A DNA stretch of 63,027 bases, the filler included, from Anaerolineae bacterium (GTDB taxonomy: Bacteria > Chloroflexota > Anaerolineae > Epilineales > Epilineaceae): assembly GCA_029262755.1 (NCBI GenBank). It is 7 parts of 7 records of this genome, joined end to end, with 100 filler letters (N's around TTAATTAATTAA, not from the genome) between each part and the next. Parts side by side here need not be neighbours in the genome. Positions count along the whole stretch, not along the records: positions 22,901 to 30,941 come from JAJCYU010000096.1; positions 31,042 to 35,436 come from JAJCYU010000097.1; 5 more parts are not named here. The stretch is one strand, 5' to 3'. Positions within the stretch are counted from its first letter, which is position 1; the number at the start of each line of letters is the position of its first letter. Of the stretch, positions 28,739 to 35,536 are shown piece by piece. The notes beneath the pieces were generated by a model. That model made no database searches. It had not been told where the DNA came from and saw only the letters and a program-made list of their open reading frames with translations. The translations under genes were made by a program, and so were the position numbers.

Positions 28739-30828
28739 GGCGCGGTTCGGGCACTGCTTCACGAGTCCGGTCGCCGCGTCGGGCCGCAGACTGGTCCGCG
28801 ATCCTCTGCGCTGTTTGCGTGATTGCCACCGCCCTCGCGTGGCCGTCCGGACGCGTTGCGGCCCAAGGATCGGCGGAAGACCTCCTCTACCACGTGGACG
28901 TAGACGTGCTCGAGGCGGGACCCGTGTCTGCGTTGCTTCCTGCTTCGAGCCGTTCGTGGTTGCTCGACAGCCGTATGGTGCTCGAAGCGCCGGACGGAAC
29001 GCGGTCCTGGGTCCTCGTCCGGGAGGAAACGGTCGCCGGTGGCGCCTGGCTGCCGGCGGAGGTTTCGGCAGTCGAGCAAAGCGAGGAAGGGGTCCAATTC
29101 GAGATTGCGGTTCGAAGTGACGGTACGTCCTGGTACGATCGCATTCGTGTGCAGCTTGCTCAGAACGCCACGGTCGCCAACGTGCGTCTGGAGGCGTGGA
29201 GCGCGGACGAAGGCTGGGCCGAGGTCGCGGTGGGTGTCTTGTTCGCCGCAGGCGATCACGATTCCGTCCGGCAAACGGAATTGGCCTATCCCCCGACGTC
29301 ATCAACACGGTTGCGCCTGACATGGCCGAGCGAGGAGCTCGACCCAGCCTGGCGTTCCCTCGCTGTGCGGCGTTCCCGGAGACCTGAAGTAGGGCGCTCC
29401 GCTGAGATCGTGCGAGACCATAGGCTGTTGCGGTCCGAGTCTGCGCTGGACGCACAGCAGGTGTTTGTTGACGAAAACTTCAACCGCGGCGGATTGGTCG
29501 TGTTGCCCTTCGAACCGGGCGCGCCCGACAGGGTGGAGTTGCGCTGGCCACCGGAGTCGGAGCCCGTCGGGATGCGCGTGTTTGCGCCCGCTAGCGGAGG
29601 CTGGACGATCGTCCAGGAAGTGCAGGCCCGCGACCGCGCGACCGTCCCGGTTGCCAACCTCGCTCCTGCTTCGCGATACCGTCGCGTGGAGCTCTCCTTC
29701 GGCGGGCAACCGCTTGCCCGTGACATCGCCGCCTCAAGCAGCGAACAGGCGCGGCGCGTGACGTGGAACGCGTACCAGATCGGCACCTATCGCCTCGCCA
29801 CAACCTTGGCGCAACCGGAAGACGTTGCCGGCATTCCCGTCGCCGCCCCCCTTGGACCCGACCGTCCACGTATTCTGCCTGTCAACGAGCTAGCGGAGAC
29901 ACCGCTGATGCTGCCGTCCTCCGTGTTGGCGAAAGCCGTTGGTGCAGCGCCACCGGCCGGTGACCCATTTCGGCGTCTCGCCCGCTGGCCGATCGAAGCA
30001 GCGGAGGGCTACGCGCCCGGAACGCTCGTCGGCGTCACGGCTCCGAGCTCGATTTCCGTGCGCGAATTGGACCGACTGCGCATCGTCCAAGGCGAGCACA
30101 CCGTGCCCTTCTTCGTTGATCGCGCGCTCCCGCCCGCCCTCGCCGCGCGCGGGCAGCTCCGCCCACGACCGGCATACACGAACACGCCCGTCCGACGCGC
30201 GCTGGTGGGCGTCTCTGAGGTCGTCATTCGCGTACCGGCAATCGGGGAGCGCGCAGGCCAATGGGAAGTGCTCAGCAACCAGGGTCCCTTCGAACGATCC
30301 GTTGAGTTCTTGCGGCCGCACAGGGACGTCTCGTCCGGCAGCCGTTCGCTGAAGGTCGTGCACTCCGGGACGTGGCGCTGTGCCGGCGGTCAAACCATAC
30401 CGTGTCGCTACAGCGCGGCCTGGGAGCGCAGCACGTGGCGCGGGGATCCCGCGTTGATCACCGCGACGTTGCGCTTCCACGACGGCGAGAATCCGCCGCT
30501 CGACGAGGTCGACGTCCGTTTGTGGATGGAGGATGCGCGGATCGTGTTTGCCGTTCCTTCCGAACGCACACCGATGCACATCGCCTCGTATGAGCCGCAA
30601 TTGCCGGCGCCGCGCTATGACGTGGCGCCGCTCTTGGCTCGTTGGGCGCCGATGGTGACGGCGGAGGCATCGCTCGGCGAACGGGAGCGCGCGTTGCCTC
30701 CCGTGGCGCCACCCAAGCGCCCGGAAGCGCCGCCGTGGCTCATCGCCGCGGTGCTCGGCGTGGCCGCGACCGTGCTGATATGGGTGCTGTCGCGATCGCT
30801 CGGGACACAACCGCCACGATCCGCATAG
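28735..30828 (+). CDS. Exported protein with C-terminal TM anchor, DUF3999-like partner of DUF2339
   Basis: GTGA overlap with DUF2339; signal peptide; DGENPPL and APRYD motifs; C-terminal TM helix. Confidence 0.6.
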   Translation: MRRGSGTASRVRSPRRAADWSAILCAVCVIATALAWPSGRVAAQGSAEDLLYHVDVDVLEAGPVSALLPASSRSWLLDSRMVLEAPDGTRSWVLVREETVAGGAWLPAEVSAVEQSEEGVQFEIAVRSDGTSWYDRIRVQLAQNATVANVRLEAWSADEGWAEVAVGVLFAAGDHDSVRQTELAYPPTSSTRLRLTWPSEELDPAWRSLAVRRSRRPEVGRSAEIVRDHRLLRSESALDAQQVFVDENFNRGGLVVLPFEPGAPDRVELRWPPESEPVGMRVFAPASGGWTIVQEVQARDRATVPVANLAPASRYRRVELSFGGQPLARDIAASSSEQARRVTWNAYQIGTYRLATTLAQPEDVAGIPVAAPLGPDRPRILPVNELAETPLMLPSSVLAKAVGAAPPAGDPFRRLARWPIEAAEGYAPGTLVGVTAPSSISVRELDRLRIVQGEHTVPFFVDRALPPALAARGQLRPRPAYTNTPVRRALVGVSEVVIRVPAIGERAGQWEVLSNQGPFERSVEFLRPHRDVSSGSRSLKVVHSGTWRCAGGQTIPCRYSAAWERSTWRGDPALITATLRFHDGENPPLDEVDVRLWMEDARIVFAVPSERTPMHIASYEPQLPAPRYDVAPLLARWAPMVTAEASLGERERALPPVAPPKRPEAPPWLIAAVLGVAATVLIWVLSRSLGTQPPRSA

Positions 30829-30941
30829 CAGGATGCGGAGGGCAATCGTGTGGGGCTGCGCGTGAACCGCTCCCTGCCATGTATCAGCCGGCGGCGACCT
30901 TCGCGCGCTTTCGTTCCCGATGGCGGCGTTCGGCGCTGAGC

Positions 30942-31041
30942 NNNNNNNNNNNNNNNNNNNNNNNNNNNNNNNNNNNNNNNNNNNNTTAATTAATTAANNN
31001 NNNNNNNNNNNNNNNNNNNNNNNNNNNNNNNNNNNNNNNNN
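30942..31041. other. Artificial contig spacer
   Basis: N/TTAATTAATTAA linker. Confidence 0.98.
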
Positions 31042-31714
31042 GCTCAGCGCACCCCCCGGAAGCCCGATCGAGGGGGAAGGACCCTGAGCGGGGGCAACCG
31101 TTGGCACATTGAGCCGGGGGCGGGGGCCGCCCGTGTGCTATCGGTTGCCCATAGTTCGGGCGTGCATTGGCCCATAGGTTGCCTGCCCCCTGCCCCCGTG
31201 TGCCCCTCACGTGCCCCGCCCCCACGGGCACGCCCCAGCAGGCCGCCCGCCCCTGCCCCCATAGGCCGGGCACACGGCCGCCCCCATGCGCCCGCCCCTA
31301 GGGGATACGCCCCCACGGGCACGCCCCCTAGACCCGCCCCCACGGACTCGCCCCTAGGCGGTTGCCCCCATGCCCGCGCCCCCTCACACGCGCGCCCCCG
31401 GCCGCCCCTCGCCAGCCCCCGCCACGTCGCGCAAGGCGACGGCCCGCCCCCTGATTCGGCCCCGCTGGCGTCGTCAACATGGCGTGAACAATCGCCCGGC
31501 ATTGTTAACGTGAACAAACCGTGAAACTGGCGCAATGGGGTTTTCCGGGGCGACATACCGGGCAGGGGCTAAAGCCCGCCAGCGGGCCGCTATGGGCGTT
31601 CTAGGGGCATGTGGCATTTTAGACACAACTAAAGGCACACTATAGACGCCCGCAACGCCCCGGAAACGCTGGAATCGGCCCCCGCCCGCATGGGGCCGCA
31701 TAGTGTGGCAACGG

Positions 31715-31742
31715 TTGACTATGCGGCGGCCGCCCCTATAAT
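31715..31742 (+). promoter_or_regulatory. Near-consensus sigma70 promoter for the phage-like ORF array
   Basis: TTGACT (31715-31720), 16 bp, TATAAT (31737-31742); AAAGGA RBS before ATG 31792. Confidence 0.75.
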
Positions 31743-31791
31743 CGGGGGCAGGGGCAAGCCCCCGCAACCGCTATGGAAAGGAACTTTAGCA

Positions 31792-33003
31792 ATGCCTAGC
31801 AATCAAACCGGCCCCGACGCTGAAATGTTCGCTATCACGGCCGACTCGGCCCTTCAGGTTTTCACGTTCGAGTCGTCCGGGGACGCTTATGACGCGGCGC
31901 AATGTTGCGACGACATTAAAACGGGCGCGGCCCTTATCGTCGAAAGCGAGTCGGCCGTTGCGCTCGCATGGGCTTGGCCGGTTGCCGTCACGGCCGCCCT
32001 TAGCAACTTTCACGCGCTGGCAAACGACACGCGCGACGACGCGGCCGCCACGCTGAAGGATATGGGAGTCGACGACGACACGGCCCGCCGGGCCGTCGCT
32101 GAAGCCCGCAAGCGGGGCTTTGCTATCGCCCCCGCATGGGCCGCGCTCTTCCCGGCCGAAGAGCCCGCCCCGGCGGCCCCCGTCGTCACATTGACGGCCG
32201 ACGGCACGGACTCGGCAACGGCCGATTGGTCCGATGCTTCCGGCCGCTTCCACGTTTGGTTCTACCGCCGCACGCAACGCGGCATGATGGAAACCACTAA
32301 CGCCCGCGTGCCCATCGGCCCAATCTGGATTCAGGAGTCCGTGATTTACAAAAACCCGCCCCTCGCCAGCGACGGCCGCCCGCTCAAACCAGACGCCCCG
32401 GGCTACTTCGACACGCGGCTATTGGACCTTAACGCCAAGGCGAACGCCAGCGCGGCCGCCCGCATTCGCGAACTCGCAACCCCCGAGGCCCTTGACGCCC
32501 TCACGGCCGCCTTTGTGGCCGAACGTGACGCCCGCAACGCGGCGGAAAACCGGGCCGCCCGTGTGGCCTATCTGGCAAAATGCGTTGCCGCTATTCAGGC
32601 CGCCAGCGCGGACGATTTGGGCGCGGCCGTGCTGGAGTCCAGCGTCGAAACGGCCCGCGCGGCCGAACTCTTGCGCATGGCTGGCGAGAAAACCGAACGC
32701 CTCGCGGCCGCCCCCGTGCGTGCCCGCCTTGCCGAGATACGGAACGCGGCCCGCGTGATTCACTTCGCCAGCCCGGAAGAGCTAACGGCCGCCGCGCCCC
32801 CTGCCAAGGCCGAACGGACGGACGAGTCGGGCCGCCGCTATATCGACATGACTCCATCATGGGCGGGCGTGTTGCCGGTCTTCATGGCGGCACTAACCGA
32901 CGGGAACGCCACGGGGCAGGCGGCCGCCCGGACGGAATTGCATCGCATGGCGAGGGCGGCCGACTCGGCCGTGCTAGTCGCCTCAATCGCCAAGGGGGCT
33001 TGA
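31792..33003 (+). CDS. Hypothetical phage-like protein (403 aa, apparently composite)
   Basis: Long ORF with RBS directly downstream of the promoter; no recognisable enzyme motif. Confidence 0.75.
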   Translation: MPSNQTGPDAEMFAITADSALQVFTFESSGDAYDAAQCCDDIKTGAALIVESESAVALAWAWPVAVTAALSNFHALANDTRDDAAATLKDMGVDDDTARRAVAEARKRGFAIAPAWAALFPAEEPAPAAPVVTLTADGTDSATADWSDASGRFHVWFYRRTQRGMMETTNARVPIGPIWIQESVIYKNPPLASDGRPLKPDAPGYFDTRLLDLNAKANASAAARIRELATPEALDALTAAFVAERDARNAAENRAARVAYLAKCVAAIQAASADDLGAAVLESSVETARAAELLRMAGEKTERLAAAPVRARLAEIRNAARVIHFASPEELTAAAPPAKAERTDESGRRYIDMTPSWAGVLPVFMAALTDGNATGQAAARTELHRMARAADSAVLVASIAKGA

Positions 33004-33005
33004 TC

Positions 33006-33266
33006 ATGGCCGGGATTTACAAGGCACGCGCGGCGGACTTCCGGCCCCTGTTGACGGACGAAACGGCCGCCCTTCAGGCGTTCGCCGATGCACACGGCCG
33101 GAGGTGGCGCGACGAACTCTGCAACGTCTATTGGTATAACGCCCGCATTTGGCAGGGCCCCGTGCCCTGCATGGGGAACGAGTTGCACGGGATTCGGAAT
33201 GAGTTCGGGCCGTCATGGCTCTATGACGTGTGCAAGGTGAAACCGGCCCCGAAGGCCGCCCGCTAA
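33006..33266 (+). CDS. Hypothetical phage/plasmid-type protein (86 aa)
   Basis: MAGIYK...ALQAFADAHGRRWRDEL...IRNEFGPSWL; starts 2 bp after the upstream stop. Confidence 0.75.
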   Translation: MAGIYKARAADFRPLLTDETAALQAFADAHGRRWRDELCNVYWYNARIWQGPVPCMGNELHGIRNEFGPSWLYDVCKVKPAPKAAR

Positions 33267-33322
33267 GGACGAAACGCGGGGCCGCCCCCGCGTCTCACGG
33301 TTAGGCCGTGACTGACGAGTCC
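33263..33322 (+). ncRNA. Type II hammerhead ribozyme with loop-I pseudoknot
   Basis: GGAC(33267-70), GAAA, CGCGGGG/CCCCGCG stem III, UC cleavage site (after C33294), UCACGG/CCGUGA stem I, CUGACGA(33312-18), GUCC. CUAA(33263-66) can pair with loop UUAG(33301-04). Confidence 0.92.
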
Positions 33323-33357
33323 AACGCCCGCCAGCCCCTCAAAATGGAGTCTTGATC

Positions 33358-33669
33358 ATGTCCGCATTCCCCACGCCAAACGCGGCCCGCGCCCGCCTCG
33401 CCAGCCCCGCCCCTATCACGGCCGGGGCCGCCCGCCTCGCCTTCGCCCGTCTCGGCATGGCGTTGCGGGTTACAGAGTTCGGCGAGTTCCGAGTCAATTT
33501 CCAGCGCGGGGAAGAGGCGACGGCCGCCTATGAGTCCGACTTGCCGAGCGCTATTGACACGGGACTCGCCATGCTTGCGCACAAGGCGCGACTTTCTGCC
33601 GAGCTTCGCACCATCGGACTCCCGGCGGCCGTTGCCGAGCGGGAAGCCGTTGCGGCCCTCACGTTCTAA
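33358..33669 (+). CDS. Hypothetical phage-like protein (103 aa)
   Basis: GGAG RBS at 33346-33349; EFGEFRVNF...ATAAYESDL. Confidence 0.7.
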   Translation: MSAFPTPNAARARLASPAPITAGAARLAFARLGMALRVTEFGEFRVNFQRGEEATAAYESDLPSAIDTGLAMLAHKARLSAELRTIGLPAAVAEREAVAALTF

Positions 33670-33682
33670 GGGAGTCGGACCG

Positions 33683-33736
33683 ATGCAAGACGGCTTTCAC
33701 CTGAATATCGCAATCCGCACTAGCCGCGCCGCCTGA
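33683..33736 (+). pseudogene. 17-codon ORF with good RBS, possible truncated gene remnant
   Basis: GGGAG then MQDGFHLNIAIRTSRAA*, just before an AT-richer gene. Confidence 0.3.
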
Positions 33737-33763
33737 AACACCAAACCGACAAGGAGTCGACCT

Positions 33764-34207
33764 ATGAAAATAGATCGTGCATTGAAAATACGTAACGAGA
33801 CTAAGGCTCTTCTAGCCGACACGTTTAACTCCGCCTTTTATTGGCGACCGACTTCGGAAAAACTGGAAAAACAAAGGATCGTAGTTTTGGGGAAAATTTC
33901 GTCAAAAACGCCATATTGGGTGCTCGCCTATCTAGATGGATTCTGGTCCGCAAAGATCGACTCTTTATATAAGTCGACTCTTGTTTTTGGTGGCTTCGTC
34001 GATGGGGTTTTCTATTCCACAAATCGGGCCCGGCCGGACTATTACGAAAAACACGGAATCAGCTCGGCGGATTATGCAGACAACGGCCGTGTTAGCGGCC
34101 GTGGTCACTATTGGCCGGAAATGCCCGGCGGCCGTGACGGCGTGAAGCCGTGGTTTATCCACGCCACGCGCGCCGATTTCATCGAGTATCAGGAGTCGGG
34201 ACAATGA
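33764..34207 (+). CDS. Hypothetical protein (AT-richer than neighbours)
   Basis: AAGGAG RBS; 147-aa ORF. Confidence 0.7.
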   Translation: MKIDRALKIRNETKALLADTFNSAFYWRPTSEKLEKQRIVVLGKISSKTPYWVLAYLDGFWSAKIDSLYKSTLVFGGFVDGVFYSTNRARPDYYEKHGISSADYADNGRVSGRGHYWPEMPGGRDGVKPWFIHATRADFIEYQESGQ

Positions 34208-34566
34208 ACGGTTTTGCATTCTATGCGGCCATGCCTTCGGACCGTGGAAGCAAGAGCGCAAGCAAGCGCTATCCCTTCCAGCCGTGGACTCGCGCGACAC
34301 TGAAGGCAATGGCCGCGCGCGGCGACAAAGCCGACGTTGTGGCGGTCTACAGTGACCGGGCTCTATCCTTCGTTTCGCGCGGGGAGGTCATGCGGGAAGC
34401 CGTTGCCGGGATATTCGAACAATTGGACTCGCCGTGTTTCAGCACGGCGGTTTCTGCCGAATGGCTGCGCACCAGGACCGTGCGGATTGACGAGTCAACG
34501 GCCCGGCGCTTGCACCCAGCTTTGTTCGAATATCTGGACTCGGCTCACTGGCCTTGCCGAGCGTGA
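34204..34566 (+). CDS. Hypothetical phage-like protein (120 aa)
   Basis: AGGAG RBS and ATGA overlap; C-terminal RIDESTARRLHPALFEYL. Confidence 0.7.
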   Translation: MNGFAFYAAMPSDRGSKSASKRYPFQPWTRATLKAMAARGDKADVVAVYSDRALSFVSRGEVMREAVAGIFEQLDSPCFSTAVSAEWLRTRTVRIDESTARRLHPALFEYLDSAHWPCRA

Positions 34567-34624
34567 CGCCCTCGCGGCCCTCACGTCCTAGCCCCCTGCC
34601 CCCCAAAACCAAGGAGTCTTGATC

Positions 34625-35407
34625 ATGAAAACCGTTTTTTCTGGCGACATGCTCTTTCACGTATGGGCACAAAACACGCAATCCGAAGGCCGCCGGTCCG
34701 ACGGCCGAGTCTACTTTGACGGCCCGACTCTCTACTCATACGGCCGCCATTTCGCCCTAGGCCACATCATGCCGGACGGGGCGACTCTCTTGAACGCTGA
34801 TTCCTATTCCGTCAGTACGTCAAAGCATCAAAGGCAAACCGCACGGGCCGCGCGCGGCCGGACCTATTCCGTGCCCGCCCTCACGGACCTTGTGCACGGC
34901 TTTCAGTTCCGAACGGACCCGACGGCCGCCCGCGACTCCATCGTCCGCCACATCACGCAACACGCCCTTGCCATGCCGGACGAGTCGGCCGTCTACCTGC
35001 TAACCATCGCCAAGCGGCCGCGCGCCTGGCCTAGCATCAAAGCGGCGGCCGAACGGGCAAAGGCAAAGGCCACCAAGGCCGCCAGGGCGTGCGATATTGC
35101 CTGCCGAAAGGCAGACGTAGAACGCATGACGGCCCTAACCTATCGGGCGTTTTCGGACCTAGTGGCGGCCCGGCTGGAGTCCAAAAAATGGGGGCATTTC
35201 CCCACGGGCCGCGACTGGCCTAAGCATGAATACCGGAACGCCCGGCCGTCCGAAAACGCGGCGGCCCTCGCCCTTGAATTGCATCGCTTGAACGTCGCAG
35301 CAAAGGCGCATTGCGGGAAGCGCGCGCAAACCGTCCTAGCGGCCCGCCTGAAGGCAGTCCGCGGGCAGGCGCGGGAACTCGCCAAATGGGAATCGTATGG
35401 CGAGTAA
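34625..35407 (+). CDS. Hypothetical phage-like protein (260 aa)
   Basis: AAGGAG RBS; HVWA...YFDGPTLYSYGRHF...YSVSTSKHQ motif. Confidence 0.75.
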   Translation: MKTVFSGDMLFHVWAQNTQSEGRRSDGRVYFDGPTLYSYGRHFALGHIMPDGATLLNADSYSVSTSKHQRQTARAARGRTYSVPALTDLVHGFQFRTDPTAARDSIVRHITQHALAMPDESAVYLLTIAKRPRAWPSIKAAAERAKAKATKAARACDIACRKADVERMTALTYRAFSDLVAARLESKKWGHFPTGRDWPKHEYRNARPSENAAALALELHRLNVAAKAHCGKRAQTVLAARLKAVRGQARELAKWESYGE

Positions 35408-35436
35408 CAGGCATATTTCCGCCGCGTGAAACAGGC

Positions 35437-35536
35437 NNNNNNNNNNNNNNNNNNNNNNNNNNNNNNNNNNNNNNNNNNNNTTAATTAATTAANNNNNNNN
35501 NNNNNNNNNNNNNNNNNNNNNNNNNNNNNNNNNNNN
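35437..35536. other. Artificial contig spacer
   Basis: N/TTAATTAATTAA linker. Confidence 0.98.

Larger units (their letters stand above)
31042..35436 (+). mobile_element. Phage-like (early gene region) contig foreign to the rest of the window
   Basis: Distinct oligonucleotide usage (few GATC, many GAGTC/GACTC), short co-oriented unknown ORFs with strong RBSs, a strong promoter and an intergenic ribozyme. No capsid, terminase or integrase gene is visible. Confidence 0.7.

Noticed and set aside
31044..31556. Gly- or Pro-rich ORFs on either strand of the phage-like leader
   Set aside because: By-products of C-tract repeats, with no RBS or protein-like composition.
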